Below, piece after piece: positions 34,791 through 44,531 of a stretch of DNA of 64,000 nt. Source of the stretch: a virus; the IMG/VR virus record IMGVR_UViG_3300029904_000005, positions 1-64,000 of that record; one strand, 5' to 3'. The notes beneath the pieces were generated by a model that worked only from the letters and a program-made list of their open reading frames with translations, did not search any database and had not been told where the DNA came from. The position numbers and the translations under genes were made by a program. The first letter of the stretch is position 1, and each line of letters begins with the position of its first letter.

Positions 34791-35538
34791 AAAGAAAGAA
34801 AAGACAGAGAAGAAAGAGCTGTCTTCCAGTGATGGTAAGCTTGACATGGTGATTGCATTTGATACTACTGGCTCCATGAGAAGTTATATTGATGCAGTCA
34901 AAGAGCATGTGAAAGAGCTGATTCCTAAACTGTTCAAGCAGAATCCTGATTTGAGGATAGGAATAGTGGCTTTTGGTGATTATTGTGATATGCCAAGCAA
35001 AGATAGATTTGGTAAGGCATATCAAGTATGTGAGCTTACTGATAATGAGAATAGACTTATAGAGTTCATCACTAAGGCACAGAATACAAGTGGAGGTGAT
35101 AGTGATGAGTTCTATGAACTTGTCATCAAGAAGATAGTAGAGGAAACCAACTGGAGGGAAGACTCTACTAAGGCAGTTCTTCTTATTGCAGATGCAAGAC
35201 CTCATTCTATAGGGTATTCCTATTTTGATAGAGTAGTCAATAATCAGATTGATTGGAAAATAGAGGCTCAGAAGGCTGCTGAGAAAGGAATCAAGTTTGA
35301 TACACTGGCTATAGGAGGTAATCAATGGTATAAAGAGCTCTCAGAGATGACTAATGGAGTCAGTGCTCCATTTAGTACAAGCTCAAAAACCTCACAACTT
35401 GTTGAAGCTGCTGCATTGGCAAGAGGAGGAGAGGCTACTAAGGCAATGTACTATACTACTATGGACAGCTTCAAATTCAAAGATGATGCTGAAATGACTG
35501 CTGTATATGCAGCCTATTCAAAAGAAGTAATATCTTAA
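34771..35538 (+). CDS. vWA domain protein (stand-alone)
   Basis: MIDAS motif DMVIAFDTTGSM followed by a vWA-like beta/alpha pattern. The antisense ORF 34783..35325 was rejected. Confidence 0.65.
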   Translation: MRTNLIKKKEKTEKKELSSSDGKLDMVIAFDTTGSMRSYIDAVKEHVKELIPKLFKQNPDLRIGIVAFGDYCDMPSKDRFGKAYQVCELTDNENRLIEFITKAQNTSGGDSDEFYELVIKKIVEETNWREDSTKAVLLIADARPHSIGYSYFDRVVNNQIDWKIEAQKAAEKGIKFDTLAIGGNQWYKELSEMTNGVSAPFSTSSKTSQLVEAAALARGGEATKAMYYTTMDSFKFKDDAEMTAVYAAYSKEVIS

Positions 35539-35550
35539 AATCAATAAAAT

Positions 35551-36177
35551 ATGAGAATAAATCTTGCAGAAATTGAAGTAGGAGATATCTTTTCAGAAGA
35601 GTCTCATTACATTGTAAAAGGAGTAAAGAAAGACAGTATTGTATTTGAGCACCTTGAGAGTGGGAAGACTGTCAGTCTTAGTAATGAGTATGTTCATAAT
35701 ATGCTCAATACCTCAGACCAGTATGAAAAGGAAGTAAAAGTTACTAAGGAGGATAAGAAAGATGGTACTCCTGGTATAAGGACTATCTTTGAGAGTATCA
35801 AGTCTTCTGAGGTATTTACTGTAGTCTTCAAGAAACAGGATAAAGTCAAGACTAAGAAACAGTTTGAGGCTGAAAGAGAGGCTCAGAGAGTTGAGGCTAT
35901 TGCTCTGATTGACAAGGCTAAGAAGCAGAAGAAATCTATGGCTGTAGCCTATAAGGAAGCTCTTGAGTTTATTCAGAATAATCCTGTAAAGGATTATATT
36001 GAAGGTGAGGATAGAGTACTGAGAGGTTACAAAATGCAGTTTGTCTCAAGAGATGGTAAATACAAATGTATGGACATGGATATTGAGAGGACTGAGAAGG
36101 AGACAGGCGAGAGATTAGTGAATATCAACACCATATCTCAGCTTATCTATAATGGAGTAAAATATGTAGTAGAATAA
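35551..36177 (+). CDS. hypothetical protein (208 aa)
   Basis: ORF track entry; Lys/Glu-rich. Confidence 0.75.
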   Translation: MRINLAEIEVGDIFSEESHYIVKGVKKDSIVFEHLESGKTVSLSNEYVHNMLNTSDQYEKEVKVTKEDKKDGTPGIRTIFESIKSSEVFTVVFKKQDKVKTKKQFEAEREAQRVEAIALIDKAKKQKKSMAVAYKEALEFIQNNPVKDYIEGEDRVLRGYKMQFVSRDGKYKCMDMDIERTEKETGERLVNINTISQLIYNGVKYVVE

Positions 36178-36207
36178 TCTTGGTTGTTGCACATAAATTA
36201 GTTTGTT

Positions 36208-36250
36208 GTGAGGAGGAGAGTAAAATACTTTCCTCCTTATTTTTTCTTAT
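36208..36250 (+). terminator. rho-independent terminator
   Basis: aggagga-loop-tcctcct stem followed by TATTTTTTCTT. Confidence 0.55.
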
Positions 36251-36301
36251 ATGCTGCACTAATAGTTATACTAGTATTTCCTTAATTATTACATTTAAGG
36301 A

Positions 36302-36333
36302 TTTGTGTAAATGAAAATCTTTTTATACATTTG
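36302..36333 (+). promoter_or_regulatory. Bacteroidetes-type promoter (-33 TTTG, -7 TAcaTTTG) for the giant gene
   Basis: TTTG at 36302-36305 and tacatttg at 36326-36333 with a 20-nt spacer. 26 nt upstream of the ATG at 36360. Confidence 0.45.
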
Positions 36334-36359
36334 CAATTAAAACAATTAATTAAACCAAT

Positions 36360-39300
36360 ATGGGAAATATAACATGTATTGCTCCTACTAAAGAGATAAC
36401 GGAACTGCATAAGGAAATTAATTCTAATATTCCACAAATATCATCTTCTACAGTATTCACAGAATCAAGAACCTCAAATTATCAGCAGAGAACCAAAGAG
36501 AATGCTGACTGGTCTGATGCAACTATTGCATTTGCAGTAGATTTTAATACTGCTGGAGAGAGACTTACCAAAAAAGTAGCTGGAGATAAATGGAATGGAA
36601 TAAAACTGATAGTATCTAATGATAATCTGTATTATTCAGAAGTAGAACTGGATGAGATAGCCAGAAGATATAAAGGGGAAAGTATAAAACTGAATATAGC
36701 GGGAAATGGATTATATACTTTTAATAAAAGTGGTATAACCCAAAGTAAGGTCAATGATGTCATTACTTCTGCTATAATATTTCTGCGTAGCAACAGAGTC
36801 AATATATCTGAGATAAGAAGTGGTGGTCAGACTGGAGTTGATGAAGCAGGCATCATAGCAGCACAGAGACTAGATATCCCAAGCAGTGTCCATGCTCCTA
36901 AGGGTTGGAGATTCAGAGGAGTTGATGGTATTGATATATCTAATGAACAGCAATTCAAGGAAAGATTCTCACAGTATGAGAAAACTGCGGAGGTATCAAT
37001 AGACCAGATACTTAACTACATAAGAGAGTTCTGTGTTGCAAAGAATATACCTCAGAAGTTCTGGTACAGATATAAGGATGAGGCTTTTGACTATGTAAGG
37101 AGCAGAGTGACTGGTGAGAATCCTGATGTAAAGCCTTTTGATGATATAGAGATGTCTGAACTTATACTGCAGGATATTGTTGATTACTTTAAGTCTGTAG
37201 TAAGAGAGTCTGATGATTTTAGAAATGACCATACTTATTATGTTATAGGTTCTGATGGCAGAGAGAGACCAGCTGATATATCTGTATCTACTTATGGAAA
37301 AAGAGACTTTAGGACATTTTCAGCTGAGGCTTATAGAAGAGAGCGTAAATACCATACTGATAGTCCTGCTATGGCTATAGGTAGAGCATTTGATACTATA
37401 ACAAGAGACTTCTTTAATGGAGAATTGAAGAAGAATTACTCTAACATGGATAATAATAGACTGGAAGGTGTAATCAAAGGTCTTGAAAAAGTAAAGAACT
37501 GGCTTGATAGGAAGTTTCCTGATGGATATAGAGTAATGGCTACTCCTTTTCCTATAGCAGCACAGCTTACTGACTATAAAGGAGAACCTTTTTCAGTAGC
37601 AGGAGAAATGGATTTGCTTGTTATAGACTCAAAGGGAAATCTTTATATATATGATATGAAGACAACCAGTAGAGGGCCTAAAGGTAAGACAACTGCAAAT
37701 GATATTATTGAGAGTAATAATGAGCTCAGCAGTGAATATTCAAATCAATTGTCCCTGTATTCCAAAATACTGAAAACTGCATTTCCTGAAAGAAGTGTAA
37801 GAGGTATGGGACTTATTATAGCGGATACAATATATCCTTCAGGAAGAATAGGAGAACTGTATTCACTTGATGCTGATGACCAGCTCTATGTTAATAATAG
37901 ACCTATACAGGACCTTGCCACATCAGAATATTCTATATCTATAAGACTTATTAATCAGAATTTTACTCCCGCAAGTGTTGAGACTTCCTCATCAGTTGCT
38001 CTACTGGAGTTTGAAAAACTCACTCCTGAGGAAAAAGAGGCTCTCTCTGATTCTCCTATAGGAGGAATGTTTTCATCTGAAGGTATGATGCAAGATGCTA
38101 TTGATATGGTTGAAGCTGAGACTATTACAGAAGAAGCTACATTACAGGATGTAGAAGATTCAATACCTGAGATATTACCTTCAATAAAGTATAAACTTGG
38201 AATAAGTCTTACTAAGATATTATCAAAGATAGTTGAGTTTCTTAGAACTGATGACTCTCTAAGAGCAGAGTTGTTCCCTTCTCTTAAAGAGAATTTCTTT
38301 ATAGGAAAGAGTGTCAATCAGATAGTAACTCCCAGTACACTGCCTGTTCTTATGAACTATGCAAAGGAGAACTATTTTCTAAGTCCTGACAATATTAACC
38401 CTGAGGCTCCTTTATATGTCAAGTCAGCACAGAAATGGATGAGAGGACATTTTAATGAACTACTTACAGCAGCACCCTCAAGATTACTTCATGAACTTGG
38501 AATATCTCCTGTATTCTCATCTGAGGAAAGTACTCAAGAAGGACCTGAGACTCTTTCTCAAGAAGAGGAGAGTGATAGGGAGGCATGGTCTTTTGATAAT
38601 AGAGAAATACCTGTTGAAAATAAGATGTCTGAAGTACTTAAACAATTACTCTCCACTCTTTATAAAATAGAATATACAGAGAAGATAGATACTGATGGCA
38701 ATCCTTATTGGGAAGCAGGAGATTACATCTTCAATGAATTTGGTGTAATTGAGTTTCTTGAGAGAGGTGAGGTAGTATTAGGGCTACTTGATGGTTTACA
38801 TACTGCTAAGACTGGAGAGGATATGATTGCCAGATTAAAGGATAGTAGACTTGTAACCAAATATCCTTGGTATCCCCAAATAGCACAGCTTCTTGAAAAT
38901 AATCCTGAGATACAAGCAGAGTTCTTTAAGATATTTCATACCAACAGAACTGAATATGTAAATACCTTTATAGATGAAACAGTTAAGTATGAGAAGGGAA
39001 AGACTGTAACTAAAATAGATGTCAGAAAAAATAATCTTATAGAATATCAACAGAAACTTAAGATATTAGGAGACTTTAAGAAGAATGTACTAGCAGGTGA
39101 TTCAGAGGTATTCAAAATAGTTGACTCATCAGGTCTTGGTCTTGTAAGGACAGATGTAAATACTGTAAGAAGTATATTTGACAGGCTGGATAAAATAGGA
39201 CATGCCAATAGAAGAAGAGACAGAAGAGACAATATAGAAACTATCTCTGATGTTCTTAAGAGTATAGGATTTGGAGATTATTATGCTGTACTGTCATCTA

Positions 39301-42300
39301 TGCCTTATAAACAGGCTACTCTTATAGTAGGACTTATCAGAGACTTGCTTACCAGTGCTAATGGAAGAAAAGGCACAGTCTATGTTCCTTGGAATAAAGA
39401 TGAGCTTCTTAATAAGAGAAAGCAGGATACTATGGCAATGCTGATTAACTTCCTTAAGACTGCTGTTCCTGTTAGTGTCTCAACCTCTACAGTATACAGT
39501 AATGGTAAGAATTATCAGGTATATACAGCTCCATCAGCTCTGGGTAATCTTATTGAATGGATGTCAGACTCTTATTATGATGATGGAGGAGAGGGATTTG
39601 AGAGATATGTAAGGTCTTTTATTGATAATAAGTATGGCAAATCAAGACAGACTTGTTTCAATCCTGAAATACTTCCCAGCAGTGATGGTGTAAGAAAATT
39701 ACAATTTGTAAGTTCTTGGCTTCAGAAGATTTATGATAATCCATCAAGAGCAAGAGTACTTAAGCATCTGGTAGAAACATCAGGACTTGGAAGTCAATAT
39801 AAAGATATGAATTTGTACAAGTATCCTCTTGCCTCTTTGGTACAATATTTTACTGCAGGTAAATCTGGAGACAATGTATATATAGATTATGCTAACTACT
39901 ATGTTCCTGTAATGTCAGATAAGAACTCATCAGAGTATATCACATTTGAGAAATATCCTTTTAGGAGAAATCCTACCTCAGCTAAGGAGGCAATTGCAGA
40001 AGATGCTACTCAAATTATACTGTATGAGATAATAAGGATGAGAGATGTGTTTAGGACAAGTATTGATAATACTCCTAAGATTGATGTGTACTCATCTGAT
40101 ATTCCATCAAGTATAATTGATAAGCTGAAAGCTGGCAAGACTCTTGTAAAAAGCGATATAGTATCTAAAGGTGAATTGAAATCCTTTATGAGAACAGGTG
40201 GAGCAGGTTTTAACTTCTTCCCTGCTCTTAATAATGAATTTGTTGCAAATACTGATTTTGCAAAGTTTATTCTTAAGTATATCAGTGGAAAGATTGATAT
40301 GGATGCAACTGATGAAAGAAGTAGGTCTGTAATATATAACTTGGCCAAAGATGCTTTTATGAGATTCATGGAAAGTGACTTTCATAATTCATTTCTTCCA
40401 ATGATGGATTCTGTAGGAGTAACAGCCAGAACTGACTTGCTAAGTAGTGAACTGACAGGATTTACTGATATTACTGAAGCTCTTGGGGAGTTTTATTGGA
40501 ACAGTACTCTTGCATCAGCTAACATATTTGCAATGACTATTATAGACCCTGCATTCTATAATGGAGCAGTACAGGTGCAGAAAAGATTTGCACAGGTACA
40601 TGCTATGACTGACAGAGTTGATATTACTGCTAAATTTACTGATAGAGATGGTATAGTAAGAAGACTGTCTGATGGCCAGCATAGGTTCATAATAATTGAT
40701 GATGTTCATGCTGCATCTGACAGTATAGACATTATAAGTAGATTTTATGATAAGAAAATAGCAGATACATCTGATAATAAGAGGAAAGATTTCTTAAAAT
40801 CACAGAAAGAGACAGCTATAAAAATGCTTAGTGATATAAAGTTTACTGATGGTCAAGCTATTACTTCAATAGATGGTTATTTTAAGAAGACAGGTATGCT
40901 TGGTGTATTGACACCTTCCTTTAAGGAGTCCTATTATAGAATACTTGATGGAGATTTCTTAAACAGTGACCTTCAGCAGGTGTTCAGTGTAATAAAGCCT
41001 TTCACATTCTCTTGGGAGAATATATCTTCTGATGAAACTCCTTTCTATGTTCCATTACAGGTAAAGGACAGTGAGTATGTTCTCATGATGCTTCCTGCAA
41101 TGGTAGACAACCTAAAGAAAAATGGAGTACTTGGAGAGGATAATCTTCTTGCAAACCTGTTTGACTTCATGCATCAGTCAGCATATGACAATGATGAGTG
41201 GAATGGAAGGGGAGTAGATACTATAGTATTCGCGTCTGCAGTAAAGGGAGGAGCATCTAATGTGTTAAGTCAGGAGAAACTTAAAGAGATACTTGACAAT
41301 GACCCTGAGGAATTATGGGACTATGTACATCTGCATGACTTTTATGATTGGGGCAAACAGCAGGAAACACCTGACCACCTACAGGACCATGAGCAGGCAA
41401 TGCCCTCACAGACAAGAGTACTTATACCTGCTAAGATTGACAGGGAATCTGCAGTCATATATCAGGGAAAAAGAGTTAATGCAGGTGAGGTAATAGATAG
41501 ATATAATTCTGCTATTGCTGATGATATGAGACAGGGAATAGAGGATGTTGTCAGTATGTTTTCTCTTGAAAAAAGTAGATTGCAAAGAAATAAGAGCATG
41601 TCTGAGTTCCAGAAGAATAATCTTCTTAGGGACAGTAGGTCAACTGGAGAGGAATATAGAGCTGTATCATTAAGAAATGGAGAGTTCAATGTCCCTCTTG
41701 GAGACCCCATAAATATGGAGAAGTATGTAAGCAATACCCTTTCAGCAGTCAAGAAAGCTGTAAACAAGCAGCTTATTCCTGGAGGTCCTACAGTCCAGGT
41801 ATCTCCTTATGGCTATAATATGCCTAAAGTAGTCTTTGGAGATAATGGGGAGCTTAAGTACTTTGAGGTATATGTTACATTTCCATCCTCAGTTCTTGAG
41901 AGAAAGATGACTCCTACTCCTGAAGATAAAGTATGGAAAAGACTTAGTGCTGCTGAACAGAGGGATGCCCAGCTTGGACTTCCTCTCAGTGTGGCAAGAG
42001 GTCTTGAACTTAAGCTCATATCTGAGGATGACTTAAAGGCTATTGCATCAAGGATTCCTGTAGAGGAGAAGTATTCAATCTGGCCTATGAGGATAGCAGC
42101 TTTTCTTCCTAGAGTGATGGGAGAATATGCTATTATTCCTCCTGAGATTGTAGTGCTGTCTGGAGGGGACTTTGATATTGATAAAATTTATATTGAGTTG
42201 AAGTACACAAAGTCTAAAGAGGATGGGATGAATGATAGACAGATATTAAAGAATGATATTGTTGATATGCAATTCTCTCTTCTTACATCTGAGGATGCAG

Positions 42301-44531
42301 CTATATCACTCTTTACTCCTCAGGATGTATCCCCTTTAAAGAGGATAGCTGAAAAAGTAAATCCTTCTTATAAGAATGTTCCATATGCTATCACACAACC
42401 TCAAGGACAGTTCTATTTCCAGAACCAGAATATGATTGGTAAGGATATGGTGGCTATATCAGCTTCAACAAATGCTGCTCATGCTATGGGAACTATGACA
42501 CAAGTAGGAATAGCACTCCCAAATATATTATTTAATGGAGTTTCTTTAAGAGATTTAGGAGAGAATGGATTTACAAGACTTGACCCTACAGTATCTCCTT
42601 TTGACAGCAGTACAGTAGGAAGAACATCAGGAATGTTTGTAGGAGCATCAGCTGATAATGCAAAAGACCCTGTTGATGCAGCTGTAGGGTACCAGAAAAA
42701 GACAGCAAACTTCTATACAGGACTTATTAGACTTGGACTTTCTGCTGAAACAGTATCACTGCTTCTTAATCAGAAAGTAGTACTGGATGTAGTGAGAAAT
42801 GCAGAGTTGTCTGATTCTTCATTTGATAGTGCTCTAGAGGAAGCTGTAAACAGTACAGCTGAAGAATTAGGAATACTTCCTGAGACTATATTTGCAGTAT
42901 CTGATGGTATGGACTTCTCTGATGAATGGCTGCTTAAACAACTTAGGAATCCTGATAAAAACTCACAGGATAAGATACTGTTCTCTCTATATGCTCTAAA
43001 GGAGTCTATGGATGTTATATTTAGAATATCAGACCTTTATAAACTTAATTCTACACAGAATGCCGTAGGACCTAATGCTTGGAAGACATTAAGGAATATG
43101 GTTAAGTTGAATGAAATCAGCAGGGATATGAGTGACAAGGACAGTCCTATGTCCATACTTGCCCCTGATGCAGTAATGTCAATCTATGATAATCTGCCTT
43201 TCATACCTGAGTTGAAGAAAGTGTATGATGAGCTGGTACCTGAGCTGATGGGAAACTATTTCCCTGCATTCAGTGAGGTATATATAGGCCTTCTTCAGTT
43301 TATGTCCAACATGGGATTCAGTATAGGAAGAATGAGTGACAAAGATATGAGAACATTGTTTAAGGAGTTCACTGTGTATTATGGTACAGGAAACTTTGAA
43401 GGACAGACTCTTATTGACGGCTCTTTAAGAAACAGACAAAGATTGTTATATGAGCTTCCTTTCAATATTCTTAAGAAGAGAAGTAATCTACTCAGGTTTC
43501 CTATAATGTCAGCTCTTGAGTTTAAGAGCAGGGCCAGTAGGAAAGTTAATCTACCCTCACTTAGTATAGATACTTCAACTATGTCACCTATTGAGAAAGA
43601 TATGCTGTCAGCCTCATGGTGGGGACTTATGAATCCTATGGCAAGAACATATAATCAGACTAAATCTACAGCTGTAGACTTATTTGAGTATAATATATTC
43701 AGGTCAGGTTTTTATTTCTCACCTACAGGATTTGTTAACCTTGCCCCCAATATTATAAAGAACAGTTATAATAATGGAGCATACAGGAAACTCTCAGATG
43801 CTTCTTACTGGACAGGAAAGCTGTCTCCAGAGGATTATTATAATTTCCTACAACAATATGCAAGGAATCATCCTTATGGAAAGTTTGTACATGAGTGTTC
43901 AAAGAGAGAGCTGATTGAGACAAAGTATGGAGTGCAGGCAGCTGAGGGAGTCACTATACCTTCAAATACCGTACTGCTTAAAGTAGGGAAAGAACTGTAT
44001 GTAAGACTGTCCAAGAACAGTGATACATTTGTACCTACTACTAGACTTGGTTTTGATAATCAGGGATTTGAATATGACAGGCTGACAAATGGAGCAAAGA
44101 TGAGAACTGCAAGGTCAAATGAGGTCTATAAGAAGGTTGCAGGAGACTATCAGCAATATCTTGAGAGCATACATGAGCTGACAGAAGAAGAAAGTGTTGA
44201 GGATGAGTCTATTGACAGCAGCAGGTCAGTTCCTGAAGAGCCTGAATCCTTCTCACCTGATGTTAAGACAAGAAATAGTCTTCAGAAAATGGGAAGTGTA
44301 TCATTCAGTGAAGATAAGAGCCTCAGGAATACTATTGATACAATATTAAGTGATTCTGAGGTAAGACAATGGATTGCTACACTACCATCTGATAGGACTG
44401 ATGCTCTCTGGGAGGATAATGATAATCTTGTTAAGGATACATTACTGAGTCTTGCTGAGGATAATATGAGTGAGGAACAGTTCAAAAATGTAAAGAATAA
44501 AGTTAAAGAATCATTAAAAGGATATTGTTAA
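36360..44531 (+). CDS. giant multidomain virion protein (2723 aa); candidate crAss-like virion RNA polymerase with extra N-terminal domains
   Basis: GGDFDIDK at about aa 1937 recalls the DxDxD catalytic motif of two-barrel RNAPs. N-terminal SGGQTGVDEAGIIAAQRL is a DprA/SLOG-like motif (about aa 154). GEMDLLVIDSKGNLYIYDMKTT is PD-(D/E)XK-like (about aa 417-438). Confidence 0.5.
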   Translation: MGNITCIAPTKEITELHKEINSNIPQISSSTVFTESRTSNYQQRTKENADWSDATIAFAVDFNTAGERLTKKVAGDKWNGIKLIVSNDNLYYSEVELDEIARRYKGESIKLNIAGNGLYTFNKSGITQSKVNDVITSAIIFLRSNRVNISEIRSGGQTGVDEAGIIAAQRLDIPSSVHAPKGWRFRGVDGIDISNEQQFKERFSQYEKTAEVSIDQILNYIREFCVAKNIPQKFWYRYKDEAFDYVRSRVTGENPDVKPFDDIEMSELILQDIVDYFKSVVRESDDFRNDHTYYVIGSDGRERPADISVSTYGKRDFRTFSAEAYRRERKYHTDSPAMAIGRAFDTITRDFFNGELKKNYSNMDNNRLEGVIKGLEKVKNWLDRKFPDGYRVMATPFPIAAQLTDYKGEPFSVAGEMDLLVIDSKGNLYIYDMKTTSRGPKGKTTANDIIESNNELSSEYSNQLSLYSKILKTAFPERSVRGMGLIIADTIYPSGRIGELYSLDADDQLYVNNRPIQDLATSEYSISIRLINQNFTPASVETSSSVALLEFEKLTPEEKEALSDSPIGGMFSSEGMMQDAIDMVEAETITEEATLQDVEDSIPEILPSIKYKLGISLTKILSKIVEFLRTDDSLRAELFPSLKENFFIGKSVNQIVTPSTLPVLMNYAKENYFLSPDNINPEAPLYVKSAQKWMRGHFNELLTAAPSRLLHELGISPVFSSEESTQEGPETLSQEEESDREAWSFDNREIPVENKMSEVLKQLLSTLYKIEYTEKIDTDGNPYWEAGDYIFNEFGVIEFLERGEVVLGLLDGLHTAKTGEDMIARLKDSRLVTKYPWYPQIAQLLENNPEIQAEFFKIFHTNRTEYVNTFIDETVKYEKGKTVTKIDVRKNNLIEYQQKLKILGDFKKNVLAGDSEVFKIVDSSGLGLVRTDVNTVRSIFDRLDKIGHANRRRDRRDNIETISDVLKSIGFGDYYAVLSSMPYKQATLIVGLIRDLLTSANGRKGTVYVPWNKDELLNKRKQDTMAMLINFLKTAVPVSVSTSTVYSNGKNYQVYTAPSALGNLIEWMSDSYYDDGGEGFERYVRSFIDNKYGKSRQTCFNPEILPSSDGVRKLQFVSSWLQKIYDNPSRARVLKHLVETSGLGSQYKDMNLYKYPLASLVQYFTAGKSGDNVYIDYANYYVPVMSDKNSSEYITFEKYPFRRNPTSAKEAIAEDATQIILYEIIRMRDVFRTSIDNTPKIDVYSSDIPSSIIDKLKAGKTLVKSDIVSKGELKSFMRTGGAGFNFFPALNNEFVANTDFAKFILKYISGKIDMDATDERSRSVIYNLAKDAFMRFMESDFHNSFLPMMDSVGVTARTDLLSSELTGFTDITEALGEFYWNSTLASANIFAMTIIDPAFYNGAVQVQKRFAQVHAMTDRVDITAKFTDRDGIVRRLSDGQHRFIIIDDVHAASDSIDIISRFYDKKIADTSDNKRKDFLKSQKETAIKMLSDIKFTDGQAITSIDGYFKKTGMLGVLTPSFKESYYRILDGDFLNSDLQQVFSVIKPFTFSWENISSDETPFYVPLQVKDSEYVLMMLPAMVDNLKKNGVLGEDNLLANLFDFMHQSAYDNDEWNGRGVDTIVFASAVKGGASNVLSQEKLKEILDNDPEELWDYVHLHDFYDWGKQQETPDHLQDHEQAMPSQTRVLIPAKIDRESAVIYQGKRVNAGEVIDRYNSAIADDMRQGIEDVVSMFSLEKSRLQRNKSMSEFQKNNLLRDSRSTGEEYRAVSLRNGEFNVPLGDPINMEKYVSNTLSAVKKAVNKQLIPGGPTVQVSPYGYNMPKVVFGDNGELKYFEVYVTFPSSVLERKMTPTPEDKVWKRLSAAEQRDAQLGLPLSVARGLELKLISEDDLKAIASRIPVEEKYSIWPMRIAAFLPRVMGEYAIIPPEIVVLSGGDFDIDKIYIELKYTKSKEDGMNDRQILKNDIVDMQFSLLTSEDAAISLFTPQDVSPLKRIAEKVNPSYKNVPYAITQPQGQFYFQNQNMIGKDMVAISASTNAAHAMGTMTQVGIALPNILFNGVSLRDLGENGFTRLDPTVSPFDSSTVGRTSGMFVGASADNAKDPVDAAVGYQKKTANFYTGLIRLGLSAETVSLLLNQKVVLDVVRNAELSDSSFDSALEEAVNSTAEELGILPETIFAVSDGMDFSDEWLLKQLRNPDKNSQDKILFSLYALKESMDVIFRISDLYKLNSTQNAVGPNAWKTLRNMVKLNEISRDMSDKDSPMSILAPDAVMSIYDNLPFIPELKKVYDELVPELMGNYFPAFSEVYIGLLQFMSNMGFSIGRMSDKDMRTLFKEFTVYYGTGNFEGQTLIDGSLRNRQRLLYELPFNILKKRSNLLRFPIMSALEFKSRASRKVNLPSLSIDTSTMSPIEKDMLSASWWGLMNPMARTYNQTKSTAVDLFEYNIFRSGFYFSPTGFVNLAPNIIKNSYNNGAYRKLSDASYWTGKLSPEDYYNFLQQYARNHPYGKFVHECSKRELIETKYGVQAAEGVTIPSNTVLLKVGKELYVRLSKNSDTFVPTTRLGFDNQGFEYDRLTNGAKMRTARSNEVYKKVAGDYQQYLESIHELTEEESVEDESIDSSRSVPEEPESFSPDVKTRNSLQKMGSVSFSEDKSLRNTIDTILSDSEVRQWIATLPSDRTDALWEDNDNLVKDTLLSLAEDNMSEEQFKNVKNKVKESLKGYC

